A DNA stretch of 64,000 bases from the human T2T-CHM13v2.0 reference genome, Homo sapiens. The number at the start of each line of letters is the position of its first letter. Position 1 is the stretch's first letter. The position numbers and the translations under genes are program-made. Below the pieces are notes generated by a model. It was not told where the DNA came from, searched no databases, and worked only from the letters and a program-made list of their open reading frames with translations. Shown piece after piece: positions 1 to 17,339 of this stretch. The stretch is taken from the NCBI RefSeq assembly GCF_009914755.1, contig NC_060938.1; one strand, written 5' to 3'.

Positions 1-343
1 ACTTAAAAAATATTCAGAATATCATAGCATATTATATTGTCAAATATATGAAAATTTTTGTTATTTTACTTTCCAAAGATTATTTAGAATATAAGTTTTT
101 TGAGTTCTTAGAGAAGGAATAATTGAGCCATAGAAAAATAAAATGATTTGAGCAAGAACTCATTGCAGATCATCGTATTTGGGATTGTACATTGCAATTT
201 CTTAGTTGCAGGCGTTTTAAAATAAAAACAATCTCTCCCCTTTTCTTAGATTAAGCATACATTACTCTCTAACACAAAACAAAAAGGAAAAACAGAAGAA
301 TGACAAGACAATAAAACACCAACATGCTCAGTTATTCAATACT

Positions 344-670
344 TGCTATGACCCAAATATTTCTGTTCCCCCAAAGTTCATATGTTGAAAACTAATATCC
401 AATGCAATAGTATTAAAAGGTGAGGCTTTTGAGAGGTCATTAGGGCTCAGCACTCATGAATGGGATTAGTGCCCTTATAAAAGAAGCCTGAGGAGGTTTG
501 TTTACCTCTTTTACCATGTGTAGACATAGCTAGAAGGTGCCGTCTATGAGAAACTGTCCCTCTAGACACCAAATATGCTGGTGCCTTGAGCTGTGAGCAA
601 CAAAATTTTGTTGCTTATAAATTACCCAGCCTAAGGTATTTCGTTATGGCAGCAGGGACAGGCTAAGATA
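344..670 (+). mobile_element. MaLR solo LTR (MLT1A/MLT1A0-like) with 5-bp TSD ATACT
   Basis: Starts TGCTATG and ends GGCTAAGATA. Carries MaLR motifs CTCATGAATGGGATTAGTGCCCTTATAAAAG and TATAAATTACCCAG. ATACT flanks both ends (339-343, 671-675). Confidence 0.85.
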
Positions 671-1109
671 ATACTCCTATTTCACTGGAAGGAAAGAATA
701 TTTCTTAACCACACAGTGCATTGATCATTAAAATTCCTTTATCTAATATTAGTCATATTTTATACTACATATCTATTGTGAAATTATATATTGAAATATA
801 TCAGTACTAATATATCTAAATTACCTTCTATTTTTAAAAATACTTGTCACCTAGTCATAAATAAAACAATTATTCTTTTTAAAAATAAAATTAATTATAT
901 ACCAACTATAAGTTTAAGTATATTATATTATAATAAGTCTTGAGCATCTTCTTGACTTGGATTCAGCACAAAAACACAGTTTGAATTGCATCAGTTGGAG
1001 CTGGGACATAGTTTTAAAAAAATTAGCATCATCTATGGCAGGTAATATTTCATGGAAAAAGTCCTAAATTAAATAACCTTTGTTAACTTCACCTGGACCC
1101 TCACTTTGC

Positions 1110-1326
1110 GGGAGGAATAGGAAATTTGATACAGATAGGTACAGAAGGAAGACCATGTGAAGACACAGGGAGAAGATGGCTGTTACAAGCCAAGGAGTGA
1201 GGTGTCAGAAGAATTCTACCCTGCTGACATCTTGATTTCAAACTTGTATCCCCCAAAATAAATTTCACTTGTTAAGGCCATCAGGTTTGTGGTTCTTTGT
1301 GATGAAAACCCTAGTAAAGTAATACA
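1110..1326 (+). mobile_element. MaLR LTR 3' half (MLT1B-like)
   Basis: GACCATGTGAAGACACAGGGAGAAGATGGC...AAGCCAAGGAG...CCCTGCTGACATCTTGATTTC, ending AATACA. Confidence 0.75.
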
Positions 1327-1429
1327 CAAGATATATATATATATATATAATGATTAAGTTTTAACTTATTTTCTATGTATATTTAAAGTGATAAGCAATA
1401 GAGAATTTGATAGGTTATATATACAGAAG

Positions 1430-2225
1430 GCAATATAGAGTTGGGTTTTGCTTTTCTATCTAGTCTGACAATCTCTGCTGTTTATTGGATCTTTAGCCCA
1501 TTTATATTTAATGTGAATTTTTATACGGTTAACCTTAAGATCATGATCTTACTATTTTTATAATTGTCCCATTTTTTCTTTCTCTTTTCTCTTTTGAACT
1601 GAGAATTTTTTATGATTTAATTTAATCTTTTTTGTTGGCTTATTACACATGACTTGTTATTTTAGCGGTTGCTTTACAGTTTATAGTACATACTATTACT
1701 ATATCACTATCTAGCTTCAACTGATATTATATCACTTCACATAAAATATAAAACCTTTACAAGAGTAAACTTCCATTTCTTACCTCCTGGCCTTTATGGC
1801 ACTACTGTCATATATTTTGCTTTTACATGTTATATGAGATTCACATCACACTGTTATTTTTTAAAGTTACATTTTAAAGAGGTATAGATAATAATACAAT
1901 TCTTTTATAATTACTCATGCAGTTACCATTTTCAGTGCTTTTTATTCCTTTGGGTAGATTCATATTTTTATTTGCTATCATTTCCCTTCAGCCTGAAAGA
2001 TTTCTTTAGTGTGCGGGCTTGTTTCGGGTGAATTCTTTTACCTTTCATATGCCTGAAATATTATTTTTTCACCTTCATTTTTTGAAATACAGTTTTTATT
2101 GAGTATATAATTCTTTCAATATTTTGAGATGTTGCTCTTTTTGCTGGCATTGTTTTAGCAAGAAAGACATTGCCATCTCTTTTTTCCTCTGTAAGTTTCT
2201 TTGTCTGCATTTAAGATTTTTCTCT
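1430..2225 (-). mobile_element. Ancient L1M fragment, antisense
   Basis: TTGGGTTTTGCTTTTCTATCTAGTCTGACAATCTCTG and TTCACCTTCATTTTTTGAAA resemble antisense old-L1 sequence. Boundaries approximate. Confidence 0.6.
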
Positions 2226-3262
2226 TCTTTTTATTATGGTAAAATATATGCAATATAAAAATAACCATTTTAATCATCTTAAGTGTACAGATCTGTGGTA
2301 TTAAATACATTCACACTTGTTGTATAACCATAGACACAACCTATCTCTAGAACTTTTTCATTTTCCTCCACTTAAATTCTGTTACTATCAAACACTAACT
2401 TCCCATTCCACCCTACATTTATTTATTCCCTGGTAACCACTGTTCTACTTTCAGTAATGACTACTCTAGAAATCTCATTATCTCATTTAAGTGGAATCAT
2501 ACAATATTTGTCCTTTAGTTGTTTAAGTGAATTTTATTTCACTTGGTGTAATGTCTTCCAGGTTCATTCCTGTTTAGCATGTGTCAAAATTTATTTCCTT
2601 TTCACAACTGAATTATATTCCTGTGTATGTATGTATCATATTTTCTTTGTTCATTCATTCTTCAGTGGGTACTTGTGTTGCTTCCACATTGTAGCTATTG
2701 AGAGTAATGCTGCTATGAATGTGGGTATACAAATATGTTTGCATCCTTGCTTTCACTTCTTTTGTCTATAAACTCAGGAGTAGAATGGCTGGATTATATA
2801 GTAATTCTGTATTTAAGTTTTTGGTGAATCATCATACTATTTTCTGAAGGAGGAGCACCATTTTACTTTCTAACCAGCAATGCTCAAAAGTTTCAGTTTC
2901 TCCGCATCCTCACAAACATTTGTGTTTTTTTGCCGTTTATTTATTTTTATAATAGCCATCCTAATGGGTGTGAAGTATTATTTCATTGTGGTTTTGATTT
3001 GCATTTCTCTAATGACTAATGATATTGAGCATCTTTTTATGTGTTTGTTGGCCATTTGCACATCTTCTTTGGAGAAAGATTTATTCAAATTCTTAGCCTA
3101 TTTTTAAAATCAGTTTGTTTGCTTTTGTTGTTGAGTGGCAGGAGTTCCTTATATATTATGGATATCAATTCCTTATCAGACATAAGATTTAAAAATGTTT
3201 CTTTTCATTTCGTTAATTGCCTTATCACTCTGTTGGTATTCTTTGATACACAAAACTTTTGA

Positions 3263-3826
<564 letters not shown>

Positions 3827-4490
3827 TGAAAAGATTGTCCTTTTCCCATTGCATGGTCTTAGCATCCTTGTTGAAAATCATTTGGCCATACCTGTGAGGG
3901 TTTATTTCTGGCCTTTTAATTCTATTCCAATGGTCTGTATGTCAGTACCATAGTCTTTTGATTACTGTATATTTTTATTTTTTTTTTCTTATTAATTTTC
4001 ACTACTGTATACTTTTAGTAAGCTTTAAAAAATCAGGCAATGTAAGGCATACAATTTTGTTATTTTGGTTTTTTTTTTTTTGCAATTTTAGGTACCTTAT
4101 ATACCATATTAATTTTAGGAAGAATTTTTCTGTTTCTGTTAAATATGTCACTGGGACTTTTATAGGGATTTCACTGAATCAGTAGATTGCTTTGGGTATA
4201 TTGACATCTTAACGATAGTAAGTCTTCCAGTAAATGAACATTTGTTTCCATTTATTTGTATCTTTAATTTCTTTCAACATTGTTTTGTAGTTTTCAGTAT
4301 ATAAATCTTTCACTTTCTTCTTCAAGTTTACTTCTAAGTATTTTATTCTTTCAGATGCTATTGTAAATAGAATATTCTCTAAGTTTTCTCTGTTAGATTG
4401 TTCATTGTGATTGTGTAGAAATGTAACTGATTTTACATATTAATTTTATATCCCGAAACTTTGCTAAATTTGTTTATTTGTTCTACTAGT

Positions 4491-4511
4491 TGTGTGTGTG
4501 TGTGTGTGTGT
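4491..4511. repeat. (TG)10 microsatellite
   Basis: Read directly from the sequence; lies inside the L1MB. Confidence 0.95.
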
Positions 4512-5034
4512 AGTCTTTAGGGTGTTTTACATTCAAGATCATGTCACCTGCAAACAGAAAATTTTACTTCTTCCCCTTTTTTCAATTTGGTGGCATTTTA
4601 TTTCTTTTTTTGTCTAATTTTTTCTCTGATAATTTTGATACTATTTTAAGTAGAAATGTCAATAGTAAGCATCCTCGTCTTGTTCTTGATCTTAGAAGAA
4701 AAGCTTTAAGTCTTTCAGCATGGAGCATAATGTTGTCTGTGGTTTTATATACATATACATATGTATTAATACATAGATGTAAATGTATGTGCTTTTGTTA
4801 TGTCTTGGTAGTTTCTTTTCCTCCATACTGAATTTTTTAATAATGAAAAGCTGTTGAATTATGTCAAATGGTTTTTAGATATCAATTGAGATGATCATAT
4901 ATGTTTTCCTTCATTCCATTACTGTGGTAGATCATAATAATTGATTTTCACATGTGGAACCGTCCTTGCATTTCAGGAAAAACTTCCACTTGGTGGATAA
5001 TCCTTTTAATATATTGTTGAATTCGATTTGGTAG

Positions 5035-7134
5035 TGTATTATTCTAGTTGAGGCTGCTCTAACAAAATACTTTAGACTGGGCAATTTATAAATAACAGCA
5101 ATTTATTGCTCACAGTCCCAGAGGCTGGAAGGTCCGAGAACTGTTGCACTTTTGAGTTGTTCCAGCATCACCTCAAAAGTCTAAAGTCCAGAGTCTCATC
5201 TAAATATTAAACAAATCAGATAAGAGTGTGAATCAAGGATATTTCATTCTGAGGCAAATCCCCCTCCAGCTGTGAGCCTACGAAATCAGACAAGTTATGT
5301 ATTTTCAAAATGTTATGGTGGGATAGCCATAGGACAGATATTCCCCATTCCATAAGGGAGAAATAGAAAGGAAGAAAGGGTAATAAGTTCCAACCAAATC
5401 TAAAAATCCATCAGGGTAAACAACATTAAAACTTAAGAATTGAGAACAATTTTTTGACTCCATGTTTTATTTTCTGGACACACTGGGGAGAGTATTGGGT
5501 TCCCAAGGCTCAGATCAACACTGCCTCCATGGGTTTGCTGGCCACAGACCATATAACAACTCTCAAGGGTTGGAGTCAAGTACCTGTGGATCTCCCAGAA
5601 TGGAGTTGCACACTGATGGCTTTATAGTTCTGGGCTCTCAGGGCAGCCCCACCTCCATGTCTCCATTAGATACATGGCAGCCTTGCTCTCGTGATTCCAC
5701 TAGGCACTGCCCTGATGGGAGCTTTCTGCGGTGGTTCCACCCCTGTGGCCATTCTATGCCTAGGCTGTGAGGTACTCTGAGGCATTCTTTGATATCTAGG
5801 TAGAGGTAGCCATGTCCCCATAGCTCATGTACTCAACACACCTGTGAGGATGGCACTGCATGGATACCACCAAGGTTTACAGCTTGTGCTTTCCAGACGG
5901 TGGCCCAAGCTGCAATCTGGACTCATTGAGCAATGGCTGAAGCAGCCAAGGAGTGATGCACCAGAAGGTGGGGAGTGAAGCCTTGAAATAGTTCTGTCTC
6001 CAAGGCCCTGGCTTTCTGGGTTTGTGATGGGTGGAGCAACTTGGAAGATCTCTGAAATGCCTTTGAGTTCATTATTCCACTGACTTGATGAATAGCATCT
6101 GGTTTCCTTCTATCCATACTAATCTCCATTAACTGTTTCCTTGGCTGCATCCTTGGTATTCTTTTTCAAACATGCCTTTCATTCTTTATAATAGGGGCAG
6201 CCTGATGATTTTCCAAATCTTTAAGTTCTGGTTTTCTGTCAATTATAAATTTTATATTTATTTTGTTTCTTCTCCCAGATTACCATATGCAGTCAACAGA
6301 AGCCATGCTGTACCCAGAATAATTTGCTTAGATATTTTTTCTGCCAAATATTCTATTTTATCACTCAGAGTTTCTGTCTTCCACAAAGCACTAGGACGTC
6401 AGCATAATTCAGCCAAATTCCTTGCAACTTTACAACAAAGATTACCTTTCCTCTAGTTTTCAATAACATATTCCTCATTTACATCAGGAATTTCATCAAA
6501 ATGGTCTTTACCATCCATATTTCTACCAACACACTGTTCAAGATCTTTTTGGCAATCTCTAAGAAGATTGAGACTTTTTCTATGACTGTCTTCTTCCGAG
6601 TCTTCATCAGATTGTCCTTCATGCTCCAGTCACAGAAATGTAAGCATTTTTTCTAGAATAAACTTCCAAATTCTCCAGCCTCTCCCCATTACTCAATCCA
6701 AAGCTGCTTTCACATTTTTAGGCATTTGTTCCAACAGAACCTCACTTCTCAGTACCAGTGTCTTAGTTTATTCAGTTGCTGCAAAAAAAAAAAAAAAAAG
6801 AAAAGAAAAAAAAAGTACCTTAGGGTAATTTATAAACAGCAGAAATTTATTACTCACAGTTCTGGAAGTAGGGAAGTCCAAGATCAAGACACCAGCAGAT
6901 TTGGTGTCTGGTGAGGGCTTGTTTCCCAAAGAACGTGCCTTCTTACTGGGTCCTCATATGGTGAAAGGGCAAAGGGGCAAACAAACTTCCTCAGACTTGG
7001 GGCACTAATGCCAATCACAAGGTTTCTCACCTCATGATCTTGTCACCTACCAAAGGCCCCACCGTTTTGTACCAAAATATTATGAATTAGATTTCAAAAT
7101 ACGAATTTTGGAGGGGCAAAATCAGATCCTAACA
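5035..7134 (-). mobile_element. MaLR provirus (MST/MLT1A type): truncated 3' LTR 5035-~5150, internal region ~5150-6758, 5' LTR 6759-7134
   Basis: Two homologous LTR ends (AATTTATAAAYA...ATTTATTRCTCACAGT...GGAAG) flank a MaLR internal-like segment that ends CTTCTCAGTACCAG next to the LTR. TSD GGTAG (5030-5034) / AGTAG (7135-7139). Confidence 0.85.
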
Positions 7135-7789
7135 AGTAGCATTTTATTGAGATTTTTTGCATCAATATTCATAAGCCATATTAGTCCATAGTTTTCTTTT
7201 TTTATAGTGTCTGTCTGGCTTTCACATCATAGGGTAATGTTGGCCTTATAGAATGAGTTAAAATGTTCCTCTTCTTCAGGGTTTTTGGAAGAGTTTGAGA
7301 AAGATTTGTGTTAATTTTTTAAATGTTTGATAGAATTCACCATTGATACCACCTAGTCCTGGATATGTTTTTTTTTTTTTTCTTTTTTCTCTTTGGATGT
7401 TTTGTATTACTGATCCAACACCCTTACTATTTTGTTCTGTTCAGATTTTCTATGTCTTCATGATTCAGTCTTGATAGTATATTTCTAGAAATCTGTCATA
7501 TGATCTGCATTACCCAGTTTGTTGGCATGTGGTTGTTCATAGTGCTTCCTTATAATCCTTTTCATTTCTGTAAAATTCATAGTAATGTCCCCTTTCATTT
7601 GTGATTCTAGTTATTATATTTTCTCTTTATTTCTGAGTCAATCTAGCTAAAAGTTTGTCAATTTTTTTTTATTTTTTCAAGACTAATTTATAATTTCATT
7701 GATTTTCTCTATTTTTTCTATTCTTTAGTTTATTTATACCTGCTCTAATTTTTACTATTTCCATCTTGAATGCTTGATTTTAGTATTCT

Positions 7790-8723
7790 ATTCTGTCTTC
7801 CATATCTCAATTTAACTTTTAGATTATATATAATGTAGTTATAAAAACTGTTTTGGTATTCTTACCTTCTAATTCTAACATTTGTTTCTGTTTGGGTCTG
7901 TTTTGATTGGTTGGTTTATCTCTTCATGATGTCTTCCTATCATTTGGCATGCCTGGTAATTGTTGACTGGATGCCTGCTATTGTAATTTTTACTTTTAAA
8001 ATAACAGATCTTCTTTTCTTCTCAGTACTCTTGAGCTTTGTTCTGTATTGCAGCTAAGTTGCTTGTAAATAATTTTCCCTTTTTTGTCTTCCTTTTAAGA
8101 TTTATTAGGCAGGATTAGAATAGCGTTTAGTCTATGCCCAGTTATTTTTCACTATGAAGGCAAGGCTCACTGTAGAGTCCACCCAGTGACCTACAATTTA
8201 TAGGATTTTCCAATGTTGCTGGTGGAAGCAGACATTATTTCTGGCCCTGTGTAAGTGCTGGGCGGTGTTACTTCCAATCGTTTTGGCTGGTTCTTGTCTT
8301 GGCTATCTTCACATAGTTTCCTACCATGTATCCAGTGATTAGTGTTTGGCTGAATATGTAAGAAATACCCACCCAGTGCAGAGCTCAAAGTGCGGATCTC
8401 TCATCTCTAGCATTCTTTCCTGTGAATTCTATCTGCCTTGGTTGGCCTGGACTTGTCAGATATATCTCCTCAACTAAGGAAGTCTACAGGTATAGGTTTC
8501 CCCCCTTCTTTGTTATATGTGAATGCTCTCTCAAGGTAGTAAGCTTGGTCAATCAAAGGGCACATCACATTTGTGTTTTGTCTCAGGGATTACTGGCCTC
8601 TGTTACCTGATATACAGTGTCTTGAAAATCATTGTTTTAGCTCTTCTGTCCATTTTCTTATTTTTTTTGGTTGTGTGATGCAGGAGGAAATATTACTCCC
8701 CGTTACTTCACCTTAGCCAGAAG
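7790..8723 (-). mobile_element. Ancient L1M 5' region, probably the same element as 1430-2225
   Basis: TTGGCATGCCTGGTAATTGTTGACTGGATGCC and the terminal CCCGTTACTTCACCTTAGCCAGAAG resemble antisense 5' ends of L1MC/MD/ME elements. Confidence 0.6.
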
Positions 8724-8729
8724 AATTGT

Positions 8730-11350
<2,621 letters not shown>

Positions 11351-13689
11351 TCCAAATTTTCTCTTGATTTACAATTTAAATTTTTTTCCAAAATATGCCT
11401 TTTTTATTTAATTTTCAAATGTTTTGTTTGAAGTATATAGTAAGCATTGTCAGTCTTAATCTCAGAGTATTTTATGTCAGGAGATTTTTTTTTGCTTTAT
11501 TTACTCTGCTGTACACTTTTATGATAAACCAGTAATCCTTGGGCCAGCCATGTGTGAAGCATAAGCCCCAATATGTACTTCTAAGAATCTTCTTATTCCT
11601 TGCCTCCACCTGAAGTGTTTTTCTCTAGAGATAAAGCATAAGAGAATTAGGAAGCCTATGTCTACCCTATCTTCTTCTTGCTCCTTTCTTGAAGTTTTAG
11701 TCTTTGAATAGATAAAAATATATGAAGCCAAGAGGCCTAAGAACAATGCTCTAATCACTTCATAAAATTTTCCCGTCATAGTAGAGGAAGGAATAGCTAA
11801 TTAGTTTTCTATTTGAAACAACCAAAAATGTATTGAAGGGATATTTATAACATGCAAAAGAAAAGAAATATTCCTACCTTCTCTTATGTTATTAATGTTA
11901 TTTAGTTTTGTAAGCATGAGCTGGACACTTTGTTTTTCTCAGCAGCTCCTTAGACTTAGCAAAATATCCTTTCAAATTTTGAATACTTTTTGTCATCTCA
12001 GTTTTGATAGTGAATGCTTTCATTTATTTATTTATTGCTGATTTTTCATAGTTTTCTTTTTACAATGCCAGGAGATGTGTCTGAAGCTAATTAATTGGAC
12101 CTTATTTAAAAAAGAAACTGAGTTGTTAATATGTCTTCTTATTTCATCTTTGGTAATGATATACTTACATTTATCCACAATTAGAATTGTATATACAAAG
12201 AATATATGTATCAAAATATCATTATATGTCCTATAGTAATTAATTCCTAATTTTTCTGTAATTATTTGATATTTTCAATTGTATAAAGTATGAAAGGACA
12301 AATATTTAAAGCATTATTTCTTATTCTCATACTTAGGACATAGTATTTATATATTTTTGAAGTATCATGTCTGAAATATTTCCTAATTCAATATTTGAGC
12401 ACGGGAGAAATGAATTTCACTCCCAGGCTAGCTTGGGAGCTTTGTGTTAGCACCTTCTGCTATTGGGTTTATGATGTAAGCAAGGAAAGCCTTGCAGAGA
12501 TTAATGAGGGATGATAGCTTACAGCTATTTTGAAAGAAATTATTTTGCTTATTTATATTCAACAGAACCACATCAATCAGCAAACAGAAGTAGGGAGTCA
12601 TCCTTTCCTTGTGTTTAAATGTCTGCATTACAGTGTCATTTACTGAAATGACCATTCACATGGAACTGGGCAAAAAAATTCTTACATAATCGCAGAGATA
12701 AGAACTAAATTTGGCAGATTTCCATTGTTCCTTTTAATTGAATATTATAATCAGCATTTTTATTTTATAAAGACAAATAGCTATGATGAAAAATTATTAG
12801 GCAAATAGAAAGTGAATGCTTAATTTCTGTCTGAAACATTAAGTACACAAATCAACAGGTGTTGATAAAGTTCCTAAAACTGTCGATTTATGAAAATATC
12901 TTTTTTATGAGTTTACCTGAATTGTTTTCTCCATTAAAATGCAAATACCTCAACTTATCTCTCAAAACCTTAAATAAGAAGAGAAAATCCTATTTTGGGG
13001 AGAAGAAAGGAAGAAACATAGCTACCCATGAGAAATATAAAGGTTTTTGTTTCATTTGCAAACTAGGTATGGCCTTGGTACTAAATTCTGATCAGTTATT
13101 TGAAATTTCCAGTACATGTCTTGATATGGAAAAGATGTACCACCTCCATTTCTTTCTTATTTTTGCTCACTGAAATAAAAAATGCTTGGAGTTCAAATTG
13201 CTACTTGGACCAGAAAGTGGAAGGCACGTATTGGGGGTCATGGAGAACAAAGTAAGAAGGACTGGCTCAGCTGTGAACCACTTATCTTTGGATTTCATTT
13301 ATATGTGAGAGAAATATATTCTTTTTCTCCTTTTTTGGCACCTGCATCCAAACTCATTTCTGATTGATGCAAAGTGTTTCAGCCTTCATTCTATTTTTTA
13401 AACCTTATCTTTTTCTCTATTACTACAGTCCAGCTAGATTAGATGTTCAATGTTCCTTTAGTAAGCATTATGCCTTTTCAGGTTTGACCTTTTGTTCAAT
13501 CTCTTCTTTCTGCACAATACAAGATATTCCCCAGGCTATAAGTTTGGAATTCTCTTCAAGCACATTTTGATTTCCTTAGATCACCCTAAGATTATCTTTT
13601 TCTCAATTCCTATATTATCATTCTATGTAATTTACCATAAGTATATTATATAATGAGTGTTTTGAGGGCCAGAACCAGTTCCCCATTGC

Positions 13690-13960
13690 AACAAAGCGTA
13701 TTGAGCACCTATTGTGTGTCATGTGTTATGCAAGAGATGACCGAGGTAGGAAGGATGATAGAGACAGTATCCATTTCCTAATTTAGTGAAGTAAAGGTAT
13801 ACAAACAAGTAATACTAAAATAAGAACTCAGCTTAATGAACAACACATTATAGAATTACAGAAGAGGAAGTGATTAGTTCTTCTGGAGATGGGATGAGCA
13901 GGAAGCTCTAAATAATTTCTCCAGGGGGAAGATATTTGGGCTAACCTCAAAGGATAAATA
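13690..13960 (-). mobile_element. L2 3' fragment
   Basis: TATTGAGCACCTATTGTGTG followed by purine-rich antisense L2-like sequence. Confidence 0.5.
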
Positions 13961-16794
13961 TACATTTACTTAGGAGGAAATGTCTGAGGAAACTTAAGAG
14001 GGCTCTGGATATCCAGCTGGAGCAAGGTATTGACTTTGTGTTAAAGAGTTGAAAGAAATCAATGCTACTCTTCATTAGAAAACGTGGCACTGTCAATGAA
14101 TATAAGCATGGGACAAAAGGACAGATGTTTACATATGTGACATTTATATGCTTTTTGTTCAAAAAAAGAAGAAAGCTCTGATGAAAAGATGAGAAATAGA
14201 TTTAATGAGGGATAATTGATGAGAGTAGACTGAAGAAAATGGATCTAACAAATTGGTCAATGGAGCAACAAATGAAACCCAGGCAATGGAAATATGTCAC
14301 TAGGTAAGAAATTTTGAATGAAAGAGAGGTAAGAAGAAAGACTACTCTGACTATGTTCTTTGTAAAGTTGTGCATATACGTAGTTTGTAGAAGAAAGTTG
14401 CTTATGTGATTGTGGGCTTGGAAATTAAGGTAAAGGTGGAGAACAGCAGCTATGAAGACTGGGAAAGAGAGAAATGGAGGGGGCTAGTGTGAGTGTGCGT
14501 TTAAAGCAAAAGGCAAAAGTATTCATGTCCAGATTTGGAAGGGGGCCACGAAATGACTAATGGACTGAAGAAATAAGTAGAGATTAAGAAACTAGAGATT
14601 TCCTAAGAACTGATGTGGTAGGAGTATTATACTTCTTTGCTTTCCTTCATAGTATATAACACAATGCCTTCTACTGAGTCCTCATAAATACTTATTGCAT
14701 TAATACACTACAATCCATCCCAAATCACCTTCTTATATTGTTATTTAAACTTAATGAGTTTTTAGGGAAGAAAACAAAATGAAATTATTCTGGAGAAGAG
14801 CTGTGGGGTATGGTGGCATAGGTAGCTTTATCTCCATTTGTGGGTGTTCATTAAGACCTCATGGGATAAATTTACTCAAAGTATTCCTGATTGTAGCTTT
14901 CTAATGGGGTTGACTGTGTCTCTTTTTAAGCCTTTTTTAAACGTAAATATGCAGAATATAGATTTTTACTTATGTTTTGAATAAAAATGAGCTATCTTAG
15001 GGGAAACATAGATATGGAGAAGAAAACAGTCTAAGTTCAGCATTGGATAAACAGCCCAGAGGCCCAAAGATTTGTCACAATATGTGAGGTTTCTCCAAGA
15101 TCACAGGATTGTTTCTTATTAGAAAAGATGTAGCATTTATAGAAAGTGCCATTTAAAGGATTGTGTAGCTCAGAGGGGGAAAAAGCAATATTCTGGTAGG
15201 CTGCCTTTTGAAGCAGTAAACACCTTTCATGTCATTTAATAATGGCTTGGATAGGTTTGAAGAACTGTGTCAAGCATTCTGAACACAAGGAATGTAAATT
15301 TGGTGAACTCTTTCAGCCATTTGAATCTTAAATCAACCAGTCACAGTGTCTTAAAACAGCTTGTTTGATTCATTTAAGCTTGTAGTTACAGTAGGGATAA
15401 GATTCTCAGGCCTACTGTTGTTTCATCTGTAGTTGTTGTGGAAGAAAAATATACACCAGTTTTCTCCTTTCTAGGTCACATATCAAACTGATATGTGGTT
15501 TTAAGCAAAAGAGAAAAAATGGCTCATGTTTTCCCTGTTTATAAGGCGAAAATCAAGCAATTTCTAAATAATATAGAGATCATGACCCCAACTGAGCTCA
15601 AGGCCAGAGACTGGCGATTTCTTGTTTGAGTCACAAATTGTTGAATAGTTTATAGTGAATGTTTAGAATATGTGATTTAACTTTCAATCTACAAAGCCTA
15701 GTCAGAAAGGGAAACTTTTTTTTCGATATTTTTTGCTAGTTTCGCATATTTGGATGGTGTTGTCTTATTTGAGGAATTATTTCTGCTAAATTCTTCCTAG
15801 ATTGAAAGTAGGAAATTGCATTTATCTAACCTATCTTCTAGTGGTTTTAGTTTGCTGCATTATAAACAGGCCAACTCCTCCCTTCCCATAGCAACCTGTG
15901 CTTCATTTTCTTAATATTTCTTTAATGTTTTTGAAATAATCTTACTCAAGATATAGATTCTTTGGGGAAATCCTAATTATATCAATCAAGTTTCACGTAA
16001 CAGTAATGTTATACATCAATCATTTCATTGACTATATTTATTATTTTTCATAGGCTTTGCACTAAAATAATCAAACTAATTTCATTTAAAAATATTCTGG
16101 ATGTTCTGAAATTCAGGCTGGAGGTGAAAATTTGGCTGCATGAGATTTTTATTGGGTTTACAGGTTAACTGCTGTCATTGGGAATACTGAAATAATATTG
16201 CTTAGTCAATGACCTCATTGGGTTAAACGGAACACCAAAAGACAGTCTTACAGGAAAAAATAAGTAGTTAGAATTTTGTTTTATTTAAGAGGATTATAGA
16301 TATATTTGGAATGCCTTTTTAACAAAACAAGTCAATATTAACACCTTAGCTCATTTACTTTACCACATGTTAATCAGAGATAATTCATTTAGCATTCATG
16401 TGGATTAAATAAATTCTATCACTAACATTGGTCTTGTCTTTGATTATTTTTTCTCTCTTTTTTTTTTGTTTTAAACGTATGTACAAGATCTAAAAAAGTG
16501 AGACTCTTGTTCAATTACAATAGGGTTAAAAAATTCGTCTATAATAAATGAAAACTCCAGGTATGTATCTCATGTAAGGAAAATAAGGATTTATGAACCT
16601 GATACTATGAAGATAATAAAAACAAGGGAGTATGTGTGTGTTTATGTTTTTTGAAACATAAGTTATTAAGAAATTTCCAACTATATTTCTACATCTGTAT
16701 ATGTTTTCATAAGGCTAGAAGGACTTTAAAATATTATCTGATTTATTGTTGTGGATAGCATGTGCTTGAGTGCATCTAGACTACCATATATTTT

Positions 16795-17015
16795 CCTTGG
16801 ATAAGAGTCCAGTGGGGTTTAGAATAAGATTTCCTGGAATTGAATCTCAGTTCTGTCATTAGTTATGGGCCTGAATAATTTTGTAATATTTCTGGACCTA
16901 TTTTATCATAGGCGAAAGGGACATAGTTATAAGCCAGTTGTGAAGATGATGTAAAACCATCCATTTAAATGGTCTAACCTCCAAAGTCTACTCAGTAAGT
17001 AATAGCTATTATTGT
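16795..17015 (+). mobile_element. MIR (decayed)
   Basis: CCTGGAATTGAATCTCAGTTCTGTCA...GTTGTGAAGATG...TAGCTATTATT. Confidence 0.5.
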
Positions 17016-17339
17016 TGGATGGTAACATACCTAACAACTCTGGTAAAGTAGATTTTCCCTAACACTGCTCCTATTTCCTCAAGCTAAAATCTTGTGAAGC
17101 CTAACCTAAATCATTTCTACACAGTTTAAGTCAATATTCATCACATGCGAAAATTAAAACACACACAACTTTTATATATGCTTATTTTTTCATCTTTCTA
17201 TATAAAAGTTATCACTATTCTTATACTGTAGTTTTTACTGTTCTACTATTGTATCTCTCACAAAACTTGCAATTTGAGTTTGTTGCAAAGAAAACTTAAT
17301 TAAAATATATTGACCCTCAATAGTAGTGGAGCAGAAAAA

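Noticed and set aside
6726-6914. ORF with a poly-lysine, NLS-like stretch
   Set aside because: The lysine run is the A-tract inside a MaLR LTR.
15050-15335. Possible L3/CR1 3' remnant
   Set aside because: The resemblance (GGCTGCCTTTTGAAGCAGTAAAC) is too weak to support by eye.
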